Virus record (IMG/VR): IMGVR_UViG_3300047373_000743
Span: 1 to 64,000 of that record
Length of the DNA stretch: 64,000 nucleotides
Reading direction: 5' to 3' (one strand)
DNA from: a virus
Position 1 is the first letter of the stretch. Every line of letters begins with the position of its first letter. Under the pieces are notes generated by a model that ran no database searches, was not told the DNA's origin, and worked only from the letters and a program-made list of their open reading frames with translations. This document shows positions 42,371 through 51,700 of the stretch, in pieces. A program made the position numbers and the translations under genes.

Positions 42371-44960
42371 AGAAAAATATGTAAAGATAAAAAGGCATAA
42401 TCAGAATAAACCAATCGTAGTTTATTCCGGAAGTATGATTCAACAAAACCACGGTGAAAAACCGTATGGTCATGGCTATGCATTGTGGGATTTACCGACA
42501 CGTGAACATACCCACCACGAAGTTCATAATGATTATGGATATTATACAATCGAAGTGCGTGACGGAGAGTGTGTCAGTGATTTGAGTAAGTTACCAAAAA
42601 AAGCAAGACTTCGTGTAAAGGTATACAACACAACTGCAACGGAAACAAAGGAAATAATTGCAGACATTCGCAAGCGAACAAGTATAAGTGATTTAAATGT
42701 AACAAGGTGTGATGCTATATCAGAAGCTAAAAAGTTTGATCGTGATAATAAATTCGACTTTGGTGATATATCACTGGTTCAAGTTCAAAATGAGTTGATC
42801 GAAGATTATCTTCGTAGAAATTTTGTCGTAGAGGATGATCAAGTTCAAACCGCACTTGATATAAACAAAGAAGTGAATGATAAGTTGGTTGTAAAGGAAG
42901 TTCTTAGGAATTGTATTTGGAAACCCAAGAAGTTTGAGTTTGGTAATATGTTCAGTTACGGAGATGCAAATGTAGTTGATTTTACTAACATGAAAAGTGT
43001 TATGGGATTGTTTGCCTCAAATGCAAGTGGTAAAAGTAGTGTAATGAGTGCATTAAGTTTTTGTTTATTTGACAAATGTGATAGAGCATTCAAAGCAGCC
43101 CATGTACTTAACACACAAACAGACTCTTTTTACTGCAAATTAAATTTTGAAATTTCTGGAGTAAATTATTACATAGATAGAACTGCAACTACCAAAAAAA
43201 ATGGTGATGTAACTGTCGTGGTTGACTTTTGGAAGCTAGATGAAGACGGCCAACAAGTATCTCTAAACGGTGAACAACGAGCAGGAACAAATGCTTCTAT
43301 TCGTGACCACGTCGGTTCATATGATGATTTTGTATTAACAACACTGAGTTTGCAAAACAATAATGCAATTTTTATAGACAAAAGTCAAAGTGAAAGAAAG
43401 GATCTGCTTGCTCAGTTTATGGGCATTGATACATTTGATCAACTACATTCAACCGCATCTGAAGACATCAAGGAAATTAATGCTTTGTTGAAACGATTTA
43501 ATCGTGAAGATTTTGATGAAACATTATCTGAAATCCAAGAAAAACTTGATGATGTCAAAACTAGATATACTGAACAGGATAGTAAAACTAATGTGGCACT
43601 ACTTGAGCAGAAACGTTTCAATAAACAATTATCAGATAAAAACTCTCAATTTAAGAATTGTTCTTTTGACGAATCATCGGTGGACATAGACAAACTTGAG
43701 TTTACTAAAAAGAACTTACAAGAGCGACTAGAAGTTGCTGAAGAAAATAGAAATGGTGAATCGGATAGAAAAAAACAATTAGTAACGAAAAGAAAAACTA
43801 AATCAACAGAGTTATCTGCGTTAGATGGTATAGAAGAAAAGTATGTTGAGGTTTTAAAAATACGTGAAGACATAACTTTGGTTGAAAAAGACTTAGCAGT
43901 TCTTCGTACTTCTGTAAATGCTAAATTAGACAAACTCAAACACTATGATTGTCATGAGTATGATCCTGAGTGTAAGTTTTGCGTAACTAATTCAAAAAAT
44001 CTTATAGAAAGTGCTTCGCAAACAAAAGAAGAACTTGACAAAGATAAAGCAGCTGCTGATGATCTTGTAACACAAAAAAATGAATTGTTAAAAATACTAG
44101 ATGAATGTAAAGATGTTGAATCAAAATATGAAAAACTAGGTGAGTTAAAATCCACAACAACTCAACTTACATATGAAATAAATGAAGCAGACTCTAAGGT
44201 GCTTGCATTATCTAGTATGATAGAATCGTTGGAAAAGGATATTGTTATCAACGATAAAAATATAGAATCATATTACGAATGCAAGGACATCATAGAGTTT
44301 AATAAAAAACTGCAAGTAGATGTAAATGAAATTGAAACCAAACTAATTACGATAAATAATGTAGCAGATACGGAAACAGAAAAACTTCAAACTTTATTTG
44401 GTGAAGTTAAAATTGCTGAAAAAGAACACGAAGACATTTTGGCATCCATCGAGGAAGCAAAAAGTTACGAACGAAAAAAACGTGGTTACGAATTATATTT
44501 AGACGCAGTTAAACGTGACGGTATTTCATATGAACTTATTTCCAAAACAATTCCAAGTATTGAAAGTGAAGTTAATAACATTCTTTCTCAAATTGTTGAT
44601 TTTGGTATGCAACTTGAAATGGACGGAAAACACATCTATTCAAAGATTACATATGAAGATCGTCATTGGCCTTTAGAAATGTGTAGTGGAATGGAACGTT
44701 TCATTAGCAGTATCGCAATGCGAGTAGCACTTATCAATGTAAGTAGTTTACCACGTTCCAATTTCCTTGTTATTGACGAAGGATGGGGTTCGTTAGACGG
44801 AGACAACATAAGTAGTGTATTTAATCTGTTTACCTATCTAAAAGGGCAGTTTGAGTTCATAATGGTTATAAGTCATTTGGATGTGATGAGAGATATGGTG
44901 GACGAGATTATAGAAATTCAAAAAGAAGGTTCTTTTAGTAAGATAAAATACGAAGCATAA
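42357..44960 (+). CDS. C-terminal SbcD fragment fused to SbcC/Rad50 (gp46-like) ATPase
   Basis: YSGSMIQQNHGE...HGYALWD nuclease C-part; Walker A NASGKSS, zinc hook CKFC, signature SGMERF, Walker B IDEGWGSLD, H-loop ISH. Confidence 0.9.
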   Translation: MDEVKEKYVKIKRHNQNKPIVVYSGSMIQQNHGEKPYGHGYALWDLPTREHTHHEVHNDYGYYTIEVRDGECVSDLSKLPKKARLRVKVYNTTATETKEIIADIRKRTSISDLNVTRCDAISEAKKFDRDNKFDFGDISLVQVQNELIEDYLRRNFVVEDDQVQTALDINKEVNDKLVVKEVLRNCIWKPKKFEFGNMFSYGDANVVDFTNMKSVMGLFASNASGKSSVMSALSFCLFDKCDRAFKAAHVLNTQTDSFYCKLNFEISGVNYYIDRTATTKKNGDVTVVVDFWKLDEDGQQVSLNGEQRAGTNASIRDHVGSYDDFVLTTLSLQNNNAIFIDKSQSERKDLLAQFMGIDTFDQLHSTASEDIKEINALLKRFNREDFDETLSEIQEKLDDVKTRYTEQDSKTNVALLEQKRFNKQLSDKNSQFKNCSFDESSVDIDKLEFTKKNLQERLEVAEENRNGESDRKKQLVTKRKTKSTELSALDGIEEKYVEVLKIREDITLVEKDLAVLRTSVNAKLDKLKHYDCHEYDPECKFCVTNSKNLIESASQTKEELDKDKAAADDLVTQKNELLKILDECKDVESKYEKLGELKSTTTQLTYEINEADSKVLALSSMIESLEKDIVINDKNIESYYECKDIIEFNKKLQVDVNEIETKLITINNVADTETEKLQTLFGEVKIAEKEHEDILASIEEAKSYERKKRGYELYLDAVKRDGISYELISKTIPSIESEVNNILSQIVDFGMQLEMDGKHIYSKITYEDRHWPLEMCSGMERFISSIAMRVALINVSSLPRSNFLVIDEGWGSLDGDNISSVFNLFTYLKGQFEFIMVISHLDVMRDMVDEIIEIQKEGSFSKIKYEA

Positions 44961-45003
44961 AACATATTTAGATATATATTTATTATGTACCTGAAGTGTA
45001 TTT

Positions 45004-46050
45004 ATGGAAAATTCCGAAGAAAACCAAGAAGCCCAAGAAGAAACCCTTATTAAAGCAGGATTGCGTAAAGGGTATTTCACACTCGTTGAAGGGGTATACG
45101 ATCCTGGTATTTTGAAGGCAGTATTTTTAGCAGGTGGCCCTGGTGCAGGTAAATCAGCAGTTGTAGACACTGTTTTTAATACTACACCCGAAGTAAAGTC
45201 ATTAACATCATCGGGACTAAAAATTGTCAATAGTGATAGTTCATTTGAATACCTTCTAAAAAAAGCAGGACATAGTTTAGACTTGGGTTCACTTGACGAT
45301 GAAGTATTTCAGCAAATAACAAGTGATGATCCGAATTCAATTCGGTCACGTGCCAAAAACATTATGCTTAAACAATACGAGAATTACAAGGATGGTAGAT
45401 TGGGTGTAATTATTGATGGAACTGGTGATGATTATTCTAAGATTTCAAAGCAAAAGAAAGAGTTGGAAAAACTTGGTTATGATTGTTATATGGTATTTGT
45501 TAATACAACACTCGAAGTTGCACAACAACGAAATGCTTTCCGTGCAAGAAAACTTCCACGAAAAATTGTAGATACAATATGGAAAGATGTTCAAAAGAAT
45601 ATGGGAAAATTTCAAAGTTCCTTCAAGCAAAATTTCACGATTATAGATAACTCAGAAGATTTAAGAAGTAAAACAAAACCAGGTAAACTTGACCTCGCTC
45701 CATTTATATTGAAAGCAACTGCAAGATTCGTTGCAAAACCAATTCGCAATCCTATTGGTAAACAATGGATTACTTTGATGATGAAACACGATAAAATGAA
45801 CAAGAGTGGTGATAAAAGAAATCGTGTTAATGAAGAACTTGATATGATATCAATGGAAAGTGTGATTCTTCCTATGGATTTAGAACGACATTTAAGTCGT
45901 TCAATTCATGTTATCAACAAGTTCAAGTTAAATGAAAAAAGAAATTTGGCAGTGCTAACTAGGTTAATTGAAAGTCTCAATTTAAATAGAAATCAAATAA
46001 ACAAGTATTTTCATCAACTCAGAACTTTAAAATTTAGAGGAGAGAAATAG
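45004..46050 (+). CDS. P-loop kinase (zeta-toxin/AAA_33-like) with an extra C-terminal module
   Basis: FLAGGPGAGKS, IVNSD, IIDGTG and lid AQQRNAFRAR; TATTTAT at 44977. Confidence 0.8.
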   Translation: MENSEENQEAQEETLIKAGLRKGYFTLVEGVYDPGILKAVFLAGGPGAGKSAVVDTVFNTTPEVKSLTSSGLKIVNSDSSFEYLLKKAGHSLDLGSLDDEVFQQITSDDPNSIRSRAKNIMLKQYENYKDGRLGVIIDGTGDDYSKISKQKKELEKLGYDCYMVFVNTTLEVAQQRNAFRARKLPRKIVDTIWKDVQKNMGKFQSSFKQNFTIIDNSEDLRSKTKPGKLDLAPFILKATARFVAKPIRNPIGKQWITLMMKHDKMNKSGDKRNRVNEELDMISMESVILPMDLERHLSRSIHVINKFKLNEKRNLAVLTRLIESLNLNRNQINKYFHQLRTLKFRGEK

Positions 46051-46400
46051 TGTTTGATAAACTTATAGATGAGCTTATTTCGGAAGATAAGTTGGGAGAA
46101 ACTTGGAAACTTGAAATGGCTCCGAATCATGCTCGGTATAGTTTTTCGTCGTCCAAATCCGGTAATGAAAATTGGGCAAAAAAACTTGCAAATAAATTAA
46201 CGCAAAAAGAAAAAGAAGATTTCAAATTCATAGGAATTTATAGTGAAGGTGATTCAACTGAAGGCCCTATTGTAGACGGCTATATATTTCATTGTACTGA
46301 AGAGTATTTGAATAAAGCACCTCATATGCATCGTGATAAACGCAAGGCCTGCAAACGACATCTTAAAACAGGTAAAGTAGAAGAATATCTTGAGGACTAA
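46050..46400 (+). CDS. Hypothetical protein
   Basis: GTG start coupled to the upstream TAG; GAGG SD-like sequence. Confidence 0.65.
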   Translation: MFDKLIDELISEDKLGETWKLEMAPNHARYSFSSSKSGNENWAKKLANKLTQKEKEDFKFIGIYSEGDSTEGPIVDGYIFHCTEEYLNKAPHMHRDKRKACKRHLKTGKVEEYLED

Positions 46401-46402
46401 TT

Positions 46403-46927
46403 ATGAGCATCAAAGAATACAAACGATACAAAGATGATCCATTTTGGATGAAGTCAAAATACGATGGAGTTTCTGGTGAACAAAGATTACCTGTTCAACG
46501 CAGACTGCGTAAAGGTGAAGTAAAATTTAAGAAGGGTGATGAAATACTTTATTATCCAAAAGGAAAAGTAATATTAGTAGGAAAAAAAGCAGAACAAGCA
46601 TATCGTGACTTTCAAGCAGCTGCTCAAGATGAAGATTTTTATATGTCCCAATACGAGGAGTCAAAAATGGAAAACACAAATGAAATTAAAATAACAAGTA
46701 AAGAGTATAAGAAGGCAATTGACTTTATGTCTGATATGCACTCTAGCATTTTGAAAGCAAAGGATAAAGTAATTAGATTTTTACAAAGAAAAGGATTTGA
46801 TGACATGGCAGACAAATTGTCCGGTATGTCGAGTGGTCAGTTTAATTCGTTTGTGGCAAGCAAGGTGCATGAGCAAAAACTTAGAAATCAAATTAGAACA
46901 ATCCTCACAGAGTTACTTAAAAAGTAA
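46403..46927 (+). CDS. Hypothetical modular protein
   Basis: GAGG SD; DPFW..KY...KKGDEILYYP module and a C-terminal KLRNQIRTILTE helix. Confidence 0.7.
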   Translation: MSIKEYKRYKDDPFWMKSKYDGVSGEQRLPVQRRLRKGEVKFKKGDEILYYPKGKVILVGKKAEQAYRDFQAAAQDEDFYMSQYEESKMENTNEIKITSKEYKKAIDFMSDMHSSILKAKDKVIRFLQRKGFDDMADKLSGMSSGQFNSFVASKVHEQKLRNQIRTILTELLKK

Positions 46928-49480
46928 ATGAAAAAAGTCTCCACAGAGTTTTATGCAAACGATTTAACGGAGTTTATGTTGGATGACTTGTTACATGAAA
47001 AGTCCGATGTTAAAAAAGTAATCGGAATATATCCTGGTAGGTTTCAACCTGCCGGTCTTCATCACTATAAAACATACAAGTGGTTAGACAAACAATTTGA
47101 TGAAGCTTGGGTTGCAACAAGTGATAAAACTGATACAACAAAAAGTCCATTGAATTTTAAGGAAAAGAATATGATATGGAAAAAGCACAAAGTAAGAAAT
47201 GTGGTCAAGGTTAAAAATCCATATGTATGTGCCGAGTTGCTTGAAAATTATGATCCAGAAACTACTGCGGTTGTTTATATCTTTGGAGAAAAAGATGCAG
47301 GTAGATTGAAAACAAAAAAAGTTGACGGAACACCTGGATACTACCAATCATATAAAAAGAATAAAAATAATTTAGAACCATATAAAAATCACGGGTATTT
47401 TATTGTTGCTCCCCATGTAAGCATCAAGGTGCTTGGCAAAGAAGTAAACGGAACATATATACGCGAACTTCTCGGTAGTCCGAAATACACAGATTCACAA
47501 AGAGTAGAAGCATTTGAGGAGTTGTTTGGTTGGTATGATGAAAAAATTTATGTGTATTTGAAAAAGAAGTTTGCCACATTATTTGAAAATGAAGAAATCT
47601 TTGAGGGGTTTTTACACACATATCCTAAGTTTGAAGAACTTGTTGATTCGTTTCCACAACTGTTAAACGAAATAAGTTCAATATCTGCAATGGGTGCTTC
47701 ACTTGTAGATGATGGTCCAGCTGGATACTTTCCTGGAGATTCATATGAAACTCACACTAAAAATCGCGCCGAGCAACTTGGATATGAACTACTCGATTAT
47801 GTTGTCGGTAAATCTGAAAATACAAGAAACTCGGATTACAGACATTGGGGTGATTATGCCGGACCAGTACCCTCGGTTTCTTTTTATCCCGCGGGTGATA
47901 TTGATGTAGGAACTCCTACTAATCAAATTAATACGGAAAAGAGTCTCTCTGCACATGATCAATACACAAACTTCATTTCTAAAGTTGCAGAAACTGCGGG
48001 ATATAAGTTAGTAGACTTTGTAGGTTCGGAGAAGTCGATTAGAAAACAAGATAAACAAGGAGATGAAGAACTAACAGGTGGTCATACAATCGATGTAGAA
48101 AAAACAGAAGATGGAGAAAAAGAAATAGACACCGGAGTCGAGGGTCATTCGGTTAAAGAGTCGTGTGAGACGATACTCAATGAATATGCGGAATTATTGA
48201 TTGAAGGAGGAGCAGCTGGTCACATGAGTCATCCATTTGATGATAAAGATTTAACTTTTGCTGATTTAAAAGAAATGATTCGTAGGTCATTGGCAGGTGA
48301 ACTTAATGTTGAAAAGGAAGTTACTGAAAAACTTGATGGTCAAAATTTAATGTTTTCTTGGAAAGATGGCAAGTTGGTCTCGGCGAGAAATCAAGGTCAT
48401 TTAAAAAACGCAGGTGCAAATGCTCCAGATGTAACTGCGTTTGAAAACATTTTTGCGGATCGTCCTGAAAACATTCGTGATGCTTTCGTGAGTGCCGTCA
48501 AAGATTTAGAATCAGCAGTTTCAAAGTTATCTGATGCACAAAAAAATAAAGTGTTTAGGGAGGGTGAACGATTCATGAACATTGAGGTTATGACACCTGC
48601 AACACAGAATGTTATTCCTCAAAATGTAGATATGTTGGTATTTCATGGAACACAAGCATATGATTCCGCAGGAAAACCAGTTTCCGTAGATTCTGACGGA
48701 AACGATATAACAGGTGAATTAAAAGATTCTGCTCGTATGCTAAGTGGTATGCTTAAACAAATCAATGCAGATGTTCAAAGTCGTTATTCGTTGAATGCAC
48801 CAATTGTAGTGGAACTCCCTAAAAGTAAAACATTTGGAGATTCGTTTAAAAAATATTCTGCGATGCTTGACAAACTCAAAAAAGAATTTAAATTAAAAGA
48901 CAACGATAAAGTAATGAAGTATCACGATGCGTGGTGGAGAAATCTTTTGAATAAGCAACAAAGCAAATTAAAAGAAATATTTCCTGCAAAGGTATATGAA
49001 GCACTTATAGGTCGTTGGGCATATAACGATAAATCAAACAAAATTACAACGATTAGAATGGATTTATCAGAGCAACCAAAACTTCTTGCGTGGGTAAATA
49101 AATTTGAAAAAGAAGACATCGTAAAACAATTTGAAAAAAATATGTGGCCATTTCAATTCATCTTTTTGAAACTCGGAGCAGAGGTCTTGCAAAATGTTAA
49201 AGGATTTGTAGCAGCGGGTGGAAGTGATGATATAGCAAAAGCACTCGATGCACATACTAAAACTTTAAAAGCAAAAAAGATTAGTTCGGTAGAATCTCCT
49301 GAAAAGTTTAAAAAGGATATTGCCAAACTCTTCAAAAACCTTGATAGATTAACTGCGATTGGTGGAACAAAAGTCATCGCACCAAGTGAAGGTGTTGTAT
49401 TTCAATATAAAGGTGGAACATATAAACTAACAGGAACATTTGCTCCTATAAATCAAATTATGGGAATAATGAGGTTCTAA
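46928..49480 (+). CDS. Fusion: HxGH-type (cytidyltransferase-like) nucleotidyltransferase plus DUF6267/ligase-like nucleotidyltransferase
   Basis: GIYPGRFQPAGLHH; GGAAGHMSHPFD, EKLDGQN (KxDG), EGVVF, YKLTG. Confidence 0.7.
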   Translation: MKKVSTEFYANDLTEFMLDDLLHEKSDVKKVIGIYPGRFQPAGLHHYKTYKWLDKQFDEAWVATSDKTDTTKSPLNFKEKNMIWKKHKVRNVVKVKNPYVCAELLENYDPETTAVVYIFGEKDAGRLKTKKVDGTPGYYQSYKKNKNNLEPYKNHGYFIVAPHVSIKVLGKEVNGTYIRELLGSPKYTDSQRVEAFEELFGWYDEKIYVYLKKKFATLFENEEIFEGFLHTYPKFEELVDSFPQLLNEISSISAMGASLVDDGPAGYFPGDSYETHTKNRAEQLGYELLDYVVGKSENTRNSDYRHWGDYAGPVPSVSFYPAGDIDVGTPTNQINTEKSLSAHDQYTNFISKVAETAGYKLVDFVGSEKSIRKQDKQGDEELTGGHTIDVEKTEDGEKEIDTGVEGHSVKESCETILNEYAELLIEGGAAGHMSHPFDDKDLTFADLKEMIRRSLAGELNVEKEVTEKLDGQNLMFSWKDGKLVSARNQGHLKNAGANAPDVTAFENIFADRPENIRDAFVSAVKDLESAVSKLSDAQKNKVFREGERFMNIEVMTPATQNVIPQNVDMLVFHGTQAYDSAGKPVSVDSDGNDITGELKDSARMLSGMLKQINADVQSRYSLNAPIVVELPKSKTFGDSFKKYSAMLDKLKKEFKLKDNDKVMKYHDAWWRNLLNKQQSKLKEIFPAKVYEALIGRWAYNDKSNKITTIRMDLSEQPKLLAWVNKFEKEDIVKQFEKNMWPFQFIFLKLGAEVLQNVKGFVAAGGSDDIAKALDAHTKTLKAKKISSVESPEKFKKDIAKLFKNLDRLTAIGGTKVIAPSEGVVFQYKGGTYKLTGTFAPINQIMGIMRF

Positions 49481-49481
49481 A

Positions 49482-50900
49482 ATGAACTTAGTAGAACGAA
49501 ACTTATCAAGAACTGCACGTAGAAAAATGGCACAACGTGCTAAAAAAACAGCAAAAAAACGTGCCATTAAACGAAAAGCAAGAGCAAAGCGGATGAAAAC
49601 TCGTGGTCAATTAACTTCGGCGGCAGAGAAGCTAGCAAAGAATATTTTAGTTAAGAAAATGACTGGTGGTAAAAAGTATGGTCAACTTTCTATCGGACAA
49701 AAAGAGATGGTTGATAAAAAGTTAGCAAAAAAACCAGGATTAATAAAAAAAGTAGCAAGAAAAGTTTTTCCAAAAATTAAAGCAAAAGAAAAAGATAGAA
49801 TCAAAAAAGCAAGAGCATCTGTAAACGAAACTTCAAATGAAAAGCACGGAGTATTTACGATGAATCGTGGAGATGGGGAATTTAAACTATCTGCCAAATA
49901 TGTTGATGGAAAACTGGTTCCGTATCGTTTCACCAAAGAATCATCCGCAAAAAAACATTCCGACAAAGTCGGTGGAAAGGTTTTTGAAACTCCAACCGGG
50001 GGAGTTTTTTATGTAGAGTTCACTAAGTTAGATGGACCTATAAATGAAAAGGCAACATCTAAATCCCAGCAAAGATTATTTGGAATGGTTCACGCATATA
50101 ACACTGGTGACTTAGAAAAATCGGATGTAGATGACTCCTTATATTCTAAAATTGAAAAAATCGCAAGTGGTATGTCTAAAAAAGATGCAAAGAAACTTGC
50201 TAAAACAGATCATACTGATTTACCGGAGAAAGCGTCTGTGAACGAAGATGTTGAATACAAAAACGCAAATGAAATAAAGAAACAATGGAAAAAGGAATAC
50301 CCAAATGATAAGTTTACTTTCAAAAAAATTCGTGCAAAAGGAAACGATTTTTTGATGGTATTATCTCCAAAGGGTGTTGAACTTGAAAAATATCAATTTG
50401 TACCAAAAACAGGATGGACTGAAATGAACGAAAACACAGATAATGAAGAAGATTTGAAAAGTTTGAAAAGTATGTTGGATATAGCACAATTACTTAGTGA
50501 TGAGAGTCCATATTTTAAGGGACGTGGTGGCAAGAAAGAATACATCAAGATGTTAGTCCATAAAATTAAAAAGTTGTCCGAGAGTCACGAACGATTTCTT
50601 GAAATAATTAAAGTACCAATTGAAATTGGTGATACGGTTCTTGGGGGAAAATTTAAAAACAAAAAGATTGTGGTAAAAAGTATAGGTAAAAACGAAAAGG
50701 GTGACATAACTATCAACAAAAAACCTTTACTAAAATTTCGTATAACTAAACAAACTGAAAGTAAATCTAAAAAGAAAACCCCATTTTCAAAACTAGATGC
50801 CTACAAGAAAGTGCGTAAGTCAACAATGCCCAAAAGTAGACCTATGAAAAGTAAAAAAGCATACGATAGAAAAGATTTTAAAAAGGGTAAGTATGATTAA
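49482..50900 (+). CDS. Modular basic prohead/internal protein (includes a DUF3008-like module)
   Basis: Very Lys/Arg-rich N-terminal module; KATSKSQQRLFGMV...MSKKDAKKLAKT.H..LPEK; modules separated by xNE motifs. Confidence 0.65.
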   Translation: MNLVERNLSRTARRKMAQRAKKTAKKRAIKRKARAKRMKTRGQLTSAAEKLAKNILVKKMTGGKKYGQLSIGQKEMVDKKLAKKPGLIKKVARKVFPKIKAKEKDRIKKARASVNETSNEKHGVFTMNRGDGEFKLSAKYVDGKLVPYRFTKESSAKKHSDKVGGKVFETPTGGVFYVEFTKLDGPINEKATSKSQQRLFGMVHAYNTGDLEKSDVDDSLYSKIEKIASGMSKKDAKKLAKTDHTDLPEKASVNEDVEYKNANEIKKQWKKEYPNDKFTFKKIRAKGNDFLMVLSPKGVELEKYQFVPKTGWTEMNENTDNEEDLKSLKSMLDIAQLLSDESPYFKGRGGKKEYIKMLVHKIKKLSESHERFLEIIKVPIEIGDTVLGGKFKNKKIVVKSIGKNEKGDITINKKPLLKFRITKQTESKSKKKTPFSKLDAYKKVRKSTMPKSRPMKSKKAYDRKDFKKGKYD

Positions 50901-51249
50901 ACTCATGGATGCAGTTATCGGAACGGTGAGTGACAAAGTAACCATCTCTGTTCAAATCAATAAAACGAAACACGCAGGTGATCGTCAATCACGACATGAT
51001 CATACGCAAATATCCGAGAAGGATATAATGGATGTTGCTGATAAAGCAATACCTGCTATTTCAAAAGCATTGTTGTTTGATAGAATTGATGTGGGTGATT
51101 ATATCCATGTAAAAGATAAAAAAAGTGCATTAAATTTGATCGGAATCCTTCAAGAGAAGTCTTCGTACAATCTTATGTTTGTGGTGATGACTGTTATGGT
51201 AAAATCAAACTTTGTAGCAAAACAGGGAACATATACGATTGTTGTGTAG
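50893..51249 (+). CDS. Putative RNase-toxin-fold protein (RelE/BrnT/DUF4258-like)
   Basis: TKHAGDRQSR...I N-terminal motif and VVMTVM C-terminal strand. Confidence 0.4.
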   Translation: MIKLMDAVIGTVSDKVTISVQINKTKHAGDRQSRHDHTQISEKDIMDVADKAIPAISKALLFDRIDVGDYIHVKDKKSALNLIGILQEKSSYNLMFVVMTVMVKSNFVAKQGTYTIVV

Positions 51250-51260
51250 GTAGGTGAAAC

Positions 51261-51662
51261 ATGATCAAGTTAAATGGTAACATTTATTTGGATGAGATGG
51301 AAATAGACCGAGTTGTAGGTGATACAGCAAGTCGATTCAGAACATCACATCGTGCAATTCTCCCACGTCAAATAACATACCTTGATCGTGAGTTCGTTGA
51401 AGCAATTAACGATGAAGCAAAAAACGCATCGTTATGTGCTTATTATCTGTATGGTTACGGAGAACAATACGCATCCGTTTGCAATATAATAAACGCAATT
51501 TCGGATAGATTCAGAAAAAAAGAAGAGTGTTGTAACAAGTTATATTTTATGCAATATGACTTAACAGACACCCAGCGGAAGAAGCATAGAACTCAATACG
51601 AAAACTTTTTAATAAATATTTTCCTTGAAGAGTGTATATTAAATTTTAAAAAGTTATCATAG
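51261..51662 (+). CDS. Hypothetical protein
   Basis: AGGTG SD; the in-frame ATG appears to be at 51261-51263 per the ORF track. Confidence 0.6.
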   Translation: MIKLNGNIYLDEMEIDRVVGDTASRFRTSHRAILPRQITYLDREFVEAINDEAKNASLCAYYLYGYGEQYASVCNIINAISDRFRKKEECCNKLYFMQYDLTDTQRKKHRTQYENFLINIFLEECILNFKKLS

Positions 51663-51665
51663 TAT

Positions 51666-51694
51666 TTGACAAATCATCAAAAAAATGGAATAAT
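51666..51694 (+). promoter_or_regulatory. Sigma70-like promoter TTGACA-17-(TGg)AATAAT, leaderless-type spacing
   Basis: ATG 51701 is 6 nt after the -10. Confidence 0.65.
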
Positions 51695-51700
51695 AAAGTT

